64,000 nt of DNA from Lama guanicoe (taxonomy: Eukaryota), in NCBI GenBank assembly GCA_013239625.1, contig MU053557.1, positions 4,866,123 to 4,930,122 of the forward strand, read 5' to 3'. Below the pieces are notes generated by a model. The model did no database searches. It saw only the letters and a list, made by a program, of their open reading frames with translations, and was not told where the DNA came from. The number at the start of each line of letters is the position of its first letter. Positions within the stretch are counted from its first letter, which is position 1. Of the stretch, positions 40,135-53,279 are shown piece by piece. The position numbers and the translations under genes are program-made.

Positions 40135-41410
40135 AAAACCACCAGCAGCTAGGCAAAAAATAATTTTTTGTTTGCATAGGTCCAAGATAGATGTGGCCTA
40201 GCAACAGAACTTGAAAAAGAGATAATGTTTAGATTTTAACTGACCATAAAATCCATACTACTGCTGAAAGCTAATATTATCCTGGTCTGTATTAATATTC
40301 AACAGCGGTTTTACTGGTCACTTTCTTGTACTAGATTCCATGAACAAGGGGAAAAAGTTATGGCTTCTGCCCTAAAAGAAACTTTTCTAGCAGGGTAGAT
40401 ACATACTCTTTTCTTCCTTGTTCCTATGTCAACATGGAGCGAGAGTGCCCCAAGGGTCAAACAGCTGCTGGTCATTTATGGGAAAATTGCAACACTAAAC
40501 CCTCAGCAGATAGACAGATTTCTTGCTGTGTTTACACATTTCCTAGCAACAGTGACTTCATGGCTTATTTTCCTATGTGACAAGCCCTGAAAGAGGTGAG
40601 GAGTCTGTGCCAGAGAGCCATCAGTTTATTGGCTCCAGGCTCTGCGGTCCTGGAAGATCTAGCCTGAAAACCTGAGGGTATAAAGAGCCAGAGGACATTC
40701 TGACACACCCAACTTTCTCTACAACAGCACCTGCAAACAATTTGTGCTCCAAAGTTTATAAGCCTCCTTTGCAGACAGATTGGGCCTGACTAGTTTTAGC
40801 CAATGGTCTGTGAAAAGAAAAAGCAATACATGTTAATCCCATGAGGCCATTCAATGCTGGTGTGCCTCCAGCATCTTTCCCCTGCTGCTTCAACCTGGGA
40901 GGCTGAGATGGAAGACTCCTCCACTCATATTAAGGAGAAATTTATTTTGCCTTGCTGTTTTCTTATTTTGTGTAAAGAAATTATTCTACAGTTTGTTTGT
41001 TGCAGGAATCAACATAAAGTACCTTGACTGGTAATATAGCTTCCTTCTTGACATCTCCACATGACACATGACTTTCTGGATGCCCTCCTCTGTGACTGCT
41101 CTCCATTTTTCTTCAGTAATTCATCATTCTTTATCTTTGTATTGCCCCAGAGTTCTGTGTTCAAACCTCTTCACATCCAGATCAAAACTGAGTCTGGAAA
41201 AACTCACTGAGTCCTGGAGTTTCAACTATCACCTGTGTAGTGGCCACTCCCAAAGCAACATCTCTGGCTTGGGGCACTTCTGGCCCCACGCCTTTGTTAC
41301 TGAAAATGTGTGTTGAGGGCAGGGAGGTGTGACACAGGATTCACCAATAACTAGTTTAGACAGAAAGTGAAGTCCTGTTAAGATACAGAAATCAGATCTC
41401 TCGCCTATTC

Positions 41411-41551
41411 TTTTTTTTTTTTTTTGCCTTTTTTGGGGTGAGGGGGAGTTAATTAGCTTTATTTACTTAATTTTAATGGAGGTACTGAGGATGGACCCCA
41501 GGACCTGTTGCATGCTAAGCACACACTCTAGCACTGAGCTATACCTGCCCC
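41411..41551 (-). mobile_element. tRNA-derived SINE (Vic-1-like)
   Basis: Reverse complement of the same family, with poly-T (tail) on the + strand. Confidence 0.85.
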
Positions 41552-42019
41552 ATATTTTTAAAAAAAACTTCCAACTTAAAAGGGTTCTACGTCAATCATT
41601 TAAAAAGTAATTTTAACTCAAGTTGAGAGTCACAAACTAGGATAAAGAAATTTGATGAGCTTTGTAATCTGGAACCAGGAGTATGCTCATAAACCAATTG
41701 GGGGTGGTGGCTAAGCCCTGGTATATAGGATTTTTCAATTTCCCACCACAGCTTATTTTGAGTTACCAACACGTCACCAAATGTGGAGTTGGGAGGAGAT
41801 GCACAGCTTTCATGAGCTAAGAGAATGTTTCAGCTTTCCATCATCTGCAACCAATCATTCACCTATATATGGTGTTTGACTTCATTCCACACTCACAACC
41901 ACCAGCAGGTAACAATCTAGAGTTTATTTATAATCATAAATTTTTATAGATGAGAAAACAAAATGAAATCATAGGTCTCTTCTGGTTCACTCTAGCACCC
42001 ATCTGGTGTCACTCTTTTG

Positions 42020-42198
42020 CCAGTGTTAAACTTTAGTGAGTATGAGAATACTCAAGGGGCTTCTTAGAACACAGATAGCTGGGCTCCATCCCCCAGAGTT
42101 CCATTAAGCAGGTTGGTAGCACAGCATGAAAATTCACATTTCTAGCAAGTTCCCAGATGCTGCTGCTGGTTCTGGAACTCTACTTAGGAGAGTCACTG
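42020..42198. mobile_element. MER5A-like hAT MITE
   Basis: acacagatagctgggctccatccccc agagtt..catttctagcaagttcccagatgctgctgctggt motif. Confidence 0.7.
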
Positions 42199-45100
42199 CC
42201 CTGTGCCTGGAGTCGCAGCTTAGCGACAAGAGGACTCAGCTAGGTTCCTTTTCTAGCTCTGGCACTAATAAGTTCTGTAACCTTAGACAGGTATTATTCC
42301 AAAGGAAGATCAGAGCTTCAAGATTCAATGACCATATTGTACGCTTTCCATGTCTTGCTGTTTTCTTATCCACCTTAGCCTGTTACCAGTCCATATACAC
42401 TACCTGGAGACAAAAAAGCACAAGGGTGGGTATCTCCAGATTTTGCAAGCAGCAAAAGCCCCTCTACAAGATTTAATATTCTCCTGGGTGACAATGCATG
42501 GAATAAAATAAATGTATGGTATTTTTCTTCCTGATGTCCAGTTATAACACATTTTCCTCTAAAGACAGAAACCGTGGACAAGTGGCATTTTAGGACACAT
42601 TACATTGTATCTCATAGAGGCAGATTATCAGCCTTAAAATCCAACAAACACGTGCTTTAATATGTAATAGAACTCAAGGAGTCCTAACCACCACCAATCT
42701 ATGATGCTGTTACTGAAGCAATGGTTAGGGTTGGATGGTGCAAGTGGACAAGGAAGATACTCTATTGTTGGGACTGCAGTCTGCGCTGAAAACTGTCCTG
42801 TCCTCTGCTCCCTGCCCAACACTCCTTAAAGTTTTTATGCTTGCTGTTTGCATTTTCTCACAACTTATCCTCCTCCTCTGCCCCTACCACTTAAGGTCAT
42901 TTATCTTATCATTCTCAGATCTCCTCCTTGATGGCAGTGCAAGGGCTTGTAGATCTATACAATTGTCTGGATAGGGACATGGCTGCATGGGACTTTTCCT
43001 CCTACAATCCATACTTCCATATTATTCAAATTTTGTGAAAAATTAGTCATGATTTAGGTATTACTCAGGTATTCTCATCCTTTAACATGCAGTTCAAGAG
43101 ATCATCTTCTCTAATTTCCATCTGCTCCACTAGCAATGAATCCATTTTGATAACATCCCATATTGCATATAGCCTCATGTGAACTGTCACCCCTTGAATC
43201 CCTGGGGACCACCACAGTGCCTGGCATTTAAAAGACTCCTTAATTGCTAATCTACCTGCAAGTAAAATTAATCTCTATTACTGTTTGTATAGAATTTGCA
43301 CTTTTGTACACAGGCTAAAAAAAAAATCATGCACGCCATCACAAAATTCAAGGTAACACATTTCACTGTTCTGCAGGAGTCAGGATAGTCAAGCATATTA
43401 AAACTGTCCAAAGTATTTACCTTTGTGTTTTTGGTGGCCACACACACACACACACAATCTAGATGCTAATTTATTAGTTTTACTGTGTCTAAATCTAGAC
43501 TAAAACATTAGACTAAGCATGTTAGCACAGTACAAACCAGTTCTGCAATTAATAAAAACATATTTACTTAGCAACTGTTGAGAGCAGTTTCTAAAAATAC
43601 CCACCTACCCCCTTCCAACCCTAAAAATCTAACGCAGCACTTCATCAAGATTTGTGCCACTGTTCATTGGCAGAGAACCAGCAGATGACTGCCTGACATC
43701 CCACAGAAATTGTTTCCAATGGTTACTTCAGTTATTTCTTCTCTGAATCAGTAACACTGCAGACTTACAATGGTAATGTTGAGAAAAATGCCACATTTTC
43801 CTAAGACATTCTACTCCATATATGATGCTATAAAAGTACTATTGTACTGGAGAGAGAGAAATCTCAGTGAATATTCTAGTATATAACCTACCTATATAAA
43901 CCTGGTTACATGCAACTACTCCAAAAGTGTAAATGAAGTAGTCACAACCACAAGCAAAAATAACTTGATCAAATTTGATTTTTATCCAGCAGAAAGCAAT
44001 TTTACTAATGTATCCTATGGTTGTATTAGATATGGATAACAGGTCTTAAGTCCATCCAATACCAACAATTTTAATCAACAGGTTTAAACTGACTGAAACT
44101 AATGTCAATTTTTAATAAGACAGCTCAGTAGCAAAACTAGCAGATACTTTCCTTTCTTGTCAACATACAGATGAGGTACTTAGTGATAACTAGGTAGAGA
44201 CTGGCTGGTAAGTGCAGTATTTAAAAAATCACTCTGGCTTAATGGCAGGTGCCACTAGGAAGGACAGTTTTTTTAAATGTCAACAGTATTGTTTGGTCTG
44301 GGTTTTGGACCAAAAAACCCAGTCTTGGTTTTGGGAACTTGAATACATATGTACTGTACATCTTTTTGGCCTCACGTCCATCAACTGATCTCTGAGACCA
44401 AAGAAAAGTAAGCTTTAGTATTTGGTCCTAAATGTAGATTCTATTAACACCAAATAGTTATGTGGACGACTTGTTTATGAAAACCTTCCTATCACATCAT
44501 TTTGAATTTTAATTCCCCCAAGGCTACCATCCTATTCAGTACTTTGTTGTTTAAGACACATGGGCAATATAAACAGTTTTAAAGGGGGAATAGTTAGTTC
44601 TCACTTAGGAAACCAAGAGAACAGGGAGAAGTACCTCCTCCAACCCTGTGCTTTGTTATCTTCAAAAGTGAAATGGAGATGACACTTACCTAATGGGAAG
44701 CTGTGACAATTTAGGTAGAAACAGGTGAAGTGCTTGTAAAAGTGCCTGGCAAAAATCACTCAATAACTAACATTATCAATCTCTGGGTTTGAAGTGGTGA
44801 AACACAGGGAGGGACACCACGGTTTAACAGTATGAAAAACTAAAGGAAATCAGGTTTAGGTTCTGGCTCTGCAAAACTTACTGTCTTGACTGAGGTAGTC
44901 CCACACTTTCCCCAGTTATCCCATTCCACACTTTCCTCCAGTTACCCAATGGGAATAACAGTAACTTCTGCATGATTATTAAGAGGATTGAGATGATGTA
45001 CATAATCTTGAAAACTGTAAAATTCGACATGAATTCACATTCTGCAAGACTTCTATGAAAACACTGTTCCCATTTTAGAAACTTGAATACCATCTCTCTA

Positions 45101-45239
45101 CTTTCCAACTGAGAGTAAGGGTCAAAAATGTTAAAAATATTTTCAAGTGTTCAGGCACTCAGTAAAGTAGGGAGACACTTTTAAGACAATGTAAATGTTC
45201 TGCAAATGTTCTGACTTTTTAAATGAATCATTACTTTTA

Positions 45240-46230
45240 CCTTTATTAGCTGACTTTCTACTTTAGCTTTCCCATCTCTTCATTTTTGTATCAGTATGGA
45301 AATCGTGTTCTTATTTAGTGAGTTATGTTGCTATCGATATTCTGATAATGTAACTGATAGATTTGGCCAGTAAAAACCTTCAAGTGGCTCCTGTGTCCTT
45401 CTGACACGTAACCATCACTTTTCAAGGTTTCCTTCCTTTCTGGCACATCAGAATGTTCCAGGTTCATCTTGTACCTTCTGTGCCTCAGCCCTGAAGTCAG
45501 ACATTTCTCCAAGGAGCCATAGTTCCCTTTAGTATTTAGAAATCAAGATCTAGGTGTTAGGCGTGCTCACTGCTACTGTAGTATCATGGACTCTAGGCCC
45601 TCAGTGGACACAGTTGGGAAGTAAATAAAACGTTACACGGACACAGACACGTGTTATGAAAGACAAAGGGTGAAGAACTGTTTCAAACTACAGGACACTA
45701 CACAGAAACAAAGAACAATAAATGACCCTTGTTTTGGATCTGTGACAGAGCTTGAAAAAAATGTTATGAAAGACATTAGGCTAACTGATGAAACTGAACT
45801 AGAACTAGAAAGTCAGGTCAATATTAAAATTTCCGATTTTGATAATTGCATAATGGTTGATATTAAGAGCATGTCTTAATTCTTAGGAAACCTACACTAA
45901 AATACTTAGGTGTAAAAGGCTATGATTCTCAGGGAGGAGCATATAGCTTATTGGTAGAGTGCACGCTTAGCACGCAGGTCCTGGGTTCAATCCCCAGTAC
46001 CTCCATTAAAACAAATAAGCAAATAAGTAAACCTAATTACCTCCACCCAAAACAAAAAAATATATATATATTTTAAAAGGCCATGATTCTCAAATGGCTT
46101 TAAAGAGTAAATGTACATACAGTAAAGGGGGCAAACTGTTGAATCAACTGTTTAATCTGTGTAAAGAGAATAAGGGGATCACTAAACTTTTCTTGTACTT
46201 TTGTTTTAAATGATAACGAGTTACAAAAAG
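45240..46230. mobile_element. Old L1M fragments in both orientations, interrupted by a SINE
   Basis: ttccttcctttctggcac..gttccaggttcatcttgtac..ttctccaaggagcc (- strand) and ttgataattgcataatggtt..cttaattcttaggaaa (+ strand). Confidence 0.55.
45932..46073 (+). mobile_element. tRNA-derived SINE (Vic-1-like) inserted into an older L1 fragment
   Basis: Same head; 19-bp TSD taaaaggc(t/c)atgattctca at 45913-45931 and 46074-46092. Confidence 0.88.
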
Positions 46231-48833
46231 AAAAAGCTTAAAAGCACACTGTCACCTAAAGGACTATACAAAACACAGGTCATTTCTAATAGGGGCCTTG
46301 CACTAAGATGATCTAGTATTAAGTTCCTGTTTGTCTTGTTAGTTTGAACAATGATAAATGAGCAATTTACTGTTTCATCAATGAAATGTTTTTATCCTGA
46401 GTACGAAGAGTTTTAAAATGATGTGTTAACATTTTGGATAGTATCAAAGAAATGTGGATATAAAACACCTAGATTTTACTATAAGCAAGTCATTTTTGAA
46501 GGTTAGTAAAGTAGGTTCACAGAGCTGCTTAATTTCACCTTAAAATGGGGTAATCTTTTTCCACTTCCTCAAAATGATATGGTAACCATGTTGAACTGAA
46601 ATTCAGATATCAACCATATAAATTTCCCTAAAATGCAACCCGAGTCTTATCAACTTCAGGAAATAAAATGCTTCTGGTATTTTTCATTCAAAATAAAGTA
46701 TATTCAGCAGATTTCACCCTCTGTCCTCTTTTCAGTACCAATGGGTGATCTAACCCTCTCTCACAACTTTTAATTCTATATTCCAATGGATTCTAAAGAT
46801 CTCTTTGCTTGGACTCTCTGGATAGGTTAGTCTCTTATTCAGTCACAAGTTTTCCACAATGCTTTTCCTTTTGTGGAATGATCCTGGTCTCCGACAACAG
46901 CTTAAATGGGTTCCCTACCTCTAATACATCCCTCAATCAATACTTTGTGATCCTCCCAAAGAGCACCTCCAATATTGTCCACTCTTTCCAATGGTTCTGT
47001 AGCTATTTTATTCTCTGCCACACTTAGACCCATCTGTTATTTCAGAGCTTTCCTTTGCTGCTCTCATGTTAAGATATTTGCTCCCACATTAGTTTAGACT
47101 TCTAGCCTACTCTTCCAAAAACCTTAGACAACTCCAAGAGGATGTCCCTGCTAAGTCTTCCCATAGCATCCAAATGCTTATTCTTTACCAATGGTTACTT
47201 TGGGACACAAAATTGTGATCTCCTCTACTGCACTGTGAGTTAACATGGAATTATCTTAGTCACCTTTTAATTCCCTGTGGCTGGCGCAGCTCCTGACAAT
47301 CAAGTCAAGCTGGAATGCACATTGTGATGTTAAAATAGTTAAAATCCTTTCTTCAAACTTGTCCATACACAAATATTTACCTATGAAAAGTGTACATGAC
47401 TGGAGTGATAAATAGGCCAGATTAAATAGAAAAACTGACTTTAAAATAACTGATTTATATGCCCTTGTTGGCCTCCTCACGATGAAGGACATGGACCTAT
47501 TGGTCTCCTACAGACTTTCTCCACCTCCATTCTACTCATCTACTCATGCAGAAGTCATCTGAGTCGGGTGCTTTCACTCAGGTTTTGGGTGGTATTGACA
47601 CCAAGTAACTCAACATTGCTCCCATACTAAAAATAATCACTAATATTACAAACATTTCTTAATTTCAATCCAGATGGATGCACATGAAAGGCAGTAGGTA
47701 GGAGTTCCTCAAAAAAAATTTTAAGGGATCTGATTTGGTAACAGGTGTAACAAACCAACTCACCCCATCAAGATGAAAAGGAACAGAGACCAAACAACTG
47801 AACTGTGTGAATTTCCGGGCCTCTCCAACTTGCCACACCTTCATTGTAGAATTCTAGCCACCTTGGGTTCAATAGCCTCAACCAACAGACACAATGTATT
47901 TGACCAACAACTTGAAACCTCTCTTGGGGCAGCTAGCTTCTCTAGCAGCTCTGAAATTGCTCAACATTTTCACTACATAATCGTGTATGTCCTGAAAACT
48001 GACCTAACAGGTCGTTTGAGAAAACAAATCATTTCACTTCAACAATATACTGTCTGACGATTAAATACAGAATGCACAACCTCATTACTGTTACACTTGA
48101 CTCACTGACATCTCTGGCCATTTCAATGGTTAGCAACGCACTAAAAGTTTGTCAATAAATAAACTTCTACTCCTGAAGGAGCAGTAGAGGGAGTGTACTT
48201 TTTTTTGAGGGAGGAGATCCTCAAAATATTGTGAGCAATGGTAACATGGTTATAGTCTCACAAAATCTCCCTTTAAAGGAGACAGCACATCTGAGATACA
48301 TAAATTCTTATAGTTGCTTGTAACATTTTACTATACCTCACATAGACCTATTCACCCATTAGTCACATGGTTATCAATATTTAGAAACCGACGAGAAAAA
48401 CAAAAATACCACTAAGTATCAGTCTGGCTTGGTATCAACTGCCTCAGACTACTGTTGAATTTTTAGAAGCTGAAAATACCTAGGCCACCCCCTCTTAAAA
48501 TTCCCATGGTTCACTGTAGTCAAGCTACAAGAACTTATTCTCAGTATTTCAGCAAATGTTAGGGAAAACTAGCTCAGTCACTGGCTTGGATTCTAAAATC
48601 CTTTTGCTAGTTATTATAATAATGGAATTAAGCTTGTAATTATTAAAGGATAACCTGCTCAAAACATTTAATAGTATTGGAAGGATTAGTAAAAGTAGGA
48701 AAATCTTGTAATACTTGTTGATGGAAAATAACAGTAAAAGCAACCCTCCAAAATTCCACTTTGTAGGTCATAGGAGCATGAGCACAACCGTATGGGAGGA
48801 GATAACCAGTCTCTCCCTTCATATATATTCTTT

Positions 48834-51326
48834 TTTATTTTCTTGTTATACCTTCCCAAAACAGAGACATTCAACAGTAGTTAGAATGGCCATCTCCCAA
48901 CATTTAAAAAAACTGCACCCCCCAATGGGTGAACAAAGTAAAGAGTAGTAACCTAGAGTTCAGCTGAGTAAGCCACTGTGGAGCCTTAAGTGGTGAGGTC
49001 TTCCAAATTTCAGAGTGATGTGTCTTCAACTTGTATCATCATTTTACTGGAAAAACATAATTTAATTTTGGTGAAATGAGATTCATCTCCCGACAGGATT
49101 AGTAACAGCATTCACCGAATTTCACATTCTTCTTTTGTGAACTGTGAAGAAAATGAATGGTAGCTAGAAGATCATTGGGATTCCAGCTCCAGCTGCAGAT
49201 GGAATGACAATATACCAGGACAAAAACACCTATTATTTTGATTTACAAAGCTAACAGCAGTTTTAAATCTGCAACTTAATTACAGACCAACTACACCACA
49301 ACCTTTTCAAATGGCAAAAATACAAAAAAGTTAAGTGTTACAAAAATATTTCAGAAAAAGTGCATAGTCTAAGTGCATAGTAAATAAAAGCACTGAAAAA
49401 TATCTTGCTAGAGGGAGTTCAGCTTGGAAAAGTTATTACCAGAGCTAAACATTTTTATTTTACACAAACTATACTCAAAAATAGCTTTATGAGACTGATT
49501 TCTGGCTAAAAGTATCAAAGGGTTTATTAGTCAAAGAAACAAATACCTTAACTGACATGGGTGGATAGAAAGGAAACAAAGAAGCTGCCTACCCCAAAGT
49601 TCATACTCACTAGGATTTCTGCAGTATGATGGTGCTAATATATCCGTTAATGGCAGAATGTGGTAACCATTTAATGAATTATTGCTAATGTAGTTTTCAA
49701 AAAAATCAACAAAAAACCAAATTAAAACTGACAATCTGACCAAACGTGTCAATTTACAGTTTCAAGGTTATTTTATAAAATATCTACATTTACACGATAG
49801 GCTCCTGGCGGCAGCATTTTCAGACAAAAGTTCTTTTAATTTATCGTGACATGCTATAAATGAATAAATTACACTAAAGAATTAAGTTTTTCTTTCTCTT
49901 GGGTCAGAAAGAGAAAAAGAGCTGCATATAAAATTGAGAGAGGAAGTGCAGATAACTTATAGAAATGGGTAAGGGCCAGGGAGGGTCAGCAATCACATGA
50001 ACCTCACATGGTGTAATGCTCTCCAAGGTTAGGAGTCTATCTGCTCAAAGCCAATTAACAAGAAATTTAAAGAAAAGCTTCACTTTATAGTTAAACCCTT
50101 TAACGCTTTCATTCTTATTCAAAATCAGTCCAGCTGTTTGTTAGCCTGAGGCTGCAAGAGTTACAATACCAAGTACTGGCTAGCGACCAAGTCCTGGCAG
50201 TTGCAGCCGCAGCAGTGAGTACTGTGTCTGTAAGTCATTAAAAAAAGAAAAATGACAGAATGCCTTTCCCCTACAGGAAAAAAAAAATTTTTTTAAATAA
50301 AAAAATCCGAGGAAAAGTTGTAACACTAAATCTAAAATGATTTGCAAAGAAATACTATGTAACAAATGGCTTGAAGTAGTCTATTAAAAAATTAGGGAGA
50401 TTTTGATTTGTGAGTCAGCAAGGCATTTTTTTTGTTGTTTTTAAAAAAAATCTCATTTCCTTACAGAAACAGTTTTTAGTTTTTAATGAACTTGTAAACA
50501 AAAAAGCTCCCATTTCAAAATAAAAACAAAATCCCAGATCATATAGATGTTTACAGTGATTACATTTATCTAAGCAACATACATACATGTTCAGTTGTAA
50601 GATGTTAACTAAATTTCTGTGACAAATATGCTTTTTTTTTTAATACCAAGAACATTATAGAGTTAATGCAGAGTCCTAAGGATAATCTAGTAGTCACTAA
50701 ATTTTTCTTAAGTCTTCACTTTAGATGCTGTTATTTCTAGCACAGGTAAGCAGGTAGAGTATTTCATATGCTCAAACACTGGAATCTTTGGTTGCTACCA
50801 TATCAGCTGGCTTGCAAACAAGAAGCCAACCATTTTAAGAATGTTTTAAGTGAACAACTTGCAAACCCCAGGATGGATAAACCCTAAGAACACACAATTG
50901 TGAGCATTTACAACCATCACAACTGTGGCTGAAGACTGTTCATGCCGTTCTTCTGAAAGGAGATCTCAAAGCAGTATAGTTCAAAACAAAAGATTTTAAC
51001 AAAAAATTGGCATATGCACAATTTCTCCACCAATTTGTGTGTCAACCATTTAGTTTACTTTTCCACTTGAAAAAATGCAATAGAAAACTGGACACCATGT
51101 TTCACTATCTCAGTTAATATTCACAATTACAGCGGCTACAACTCAGGACACAGCATCACCAATGCTGCCCAGAGCCAGTTTATACTGAAATTAAGTTCTT
51201 TACACCAAGTAAATGGTTGTCCACAACCACTGGCTAGTGTACATATGAACTAAAATTTCTAGATTTGAGGAGAAACAAATGCTGCTCCGATCATCTGCTC
51301 TGCTTCTTCTGTTCCTCGATTCATGC
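48834..51326 (-). other. CSNK1A1: CSNK1A1 3' UTR with several candidate poly(A) signals (distal end uncertain)
   Basis: AT-rich tract without evident interspersed repeats after the stop. Minus-strand ATTAAA at 50482-50487 and 49835-49840; AATAAA at 49523-49528, 49454-49459 and 48834-48839. Confidence 0.7.
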
Positions 51327-51334
51327 TTAGAAAC
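51327..51334 (-). CDS. CSNK1A1: CSNK1A1 last exon, coding part ([G]F-stop TAA)
   Basis: T-rich tract with aaatag acceptor, then GT TTC TAA, completing the known ...MKGF* terminus. Confidence 0.92.
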
Positions 51335-53279
51335 CTATTTAAAAAAATTAAAACAGAAAAGAGAATGTTAAAACTCCAACTTAAAAAATTTCCTCAACCA
51401 CACCTAAAGTAGGAAAATTACTTTAAGAATGACAACTCATGTTATTTTTATCTGCTTGAAAATCACTAGGTCAATTTTTATAAACAAGAAACTTTTCTGT
51501 TCTAGATGCTTCTAGACAGGAGTAGTGTACCGTGAACTAAAGCCTTCCAGTCCAGCATACAATTCTCAAGGTAGAGAACTATAGGTAATTCCAATGAGCC
51601 TGTTTGGTTTACTTCTGTATTTCTAGAACCTAGAACACATTATGTGTTCAAATATTTCTCAAATAAAAAATAAAATTACTTTATCAACTAGAAAGGACAG
51701 TTTTAAATATACCATGAACAGGAAATTTTCTGTACATTATTTCTAATACAAATGAGGAACAATAGACTTTAGTAATAAATGTATTCAAGGCATAATTATC
51801 GAGTTATTCCACTGAACACACATCTGATAAGATTTCTACACAGAAACCTTAGATCTTTAAAAATTCTTTACTTAGCTCTCAGTTATATTAAAAAGACTAG
51901 GTTTTATCACTGATTCAAAAATGTAAACAAGTGAGGTTTTTTGGGATTTTCTTCAAGCTTCCCCCTTATAAACACACCTTTCCCACAAATTAGACCTTAG
52001 GGTTTCCACATAAGGGCAGGTTTGAGTACAAGTCTGCTTCAGATAAATAATGGCTGCATGTTCTATCCACAGCTAAAGGCAATCAGAGAAAATATGACTC
52101 TCTATTAACTACAAGCTTTATCTGTAGCTAAAGGTAGAGAAAATATGCCTGTCTCTCAATATCCTGAAAATCTCATCAACATCTCTCACCTACAGTCCTT
52201 CTTTAAGGTTTCAATGCCCCTAGGTCCAACCCCTTCTCTTAAAGCCAACCTAATTTACAGCTCATTTTAGCCCACTCTGATTGCTCACTTCCTTTTGCAC
52301 AAACCACGTTTTTGTCAATCAGAAGATGCTTCTTTTCTTGTACTTCAACATTTGCCAGACTATCTCCAACGTGCTTTGTGGGAAAAATACTTCTGTAATT
52401 TACTTCTCAAGCATTTATGCCTTGGTTTTTTCAAAGATAATACCAAACAATTACAGATCATTTCTTGGTAAATATTCTCCCACTTGTTAACTAGGAGGTT
52501 TTTCATTTAAGGGCAGAAAGTCATCTTTGTTTATTTAGAAAATATAGTGTGACAAGCCTCGAGAACAAAGATGTGAGTATCGAACTTCTCTATCTCTCCA
52601 TAGTGCCTAACAGGGTAGATGCAAAATAGATCTTTGTTGCCTGACCAAGTAAAGCAAAGGCCAAAAATGAAAGATAATGAAATTTTCTGAAAATGTACTT
52701 TACCACAGGAATATTACCTATTTGATGCATATTATTAAATAGGATTAACAACACAAGCACAAAGAGATTGTCAAATCAACCTGAATTAAAATTTAAAAAT
52801 CTAACCATATCCTACAACTTAGTTCCAATGTTAAGATACAAGAGTATTTTAAAACAAATTAAAACTATGGATTAGCTAAATAACAATGACTTTATCCCAA
52901 TGAGCAATTGGTTCCAAGTACTGCACATAAGAATAACTTATACATATATGTATTATATACACACACACGCACACACGTAAGAATGTTTTCACAACTCTTA
53001 AACTCTTGGACTTTCTTTTCCCATAGCTTTCTTATACATTATACTGAATTATTTAATTACAGATATCTCCTACTTGTCAAAATTTCACCTTATCCCACTT
53101 CACTTTATATAAAAGACCTACATTATTACCTGTTTCACTAACTGGAAATCCAAAGGATACTTGATTTTACGAAAGAAAGTAAAAAACGAACATAGTGTTC
53201 AGTGTTTTATAGCAAGTCATTACAGAGGTAGCATGTGCCCTGAGTAGTGAGTGGCACTGCCAAGTTCCTTCCCTGGGAA

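Noticed and set aside
51084..51093. AAAACTGGAC, complementary to the miR-145 5' end, in the CSNK1A1 3' UTR region
   Set aside because: It is on the + strand while the mRNA is - strand, so it is not a target site.
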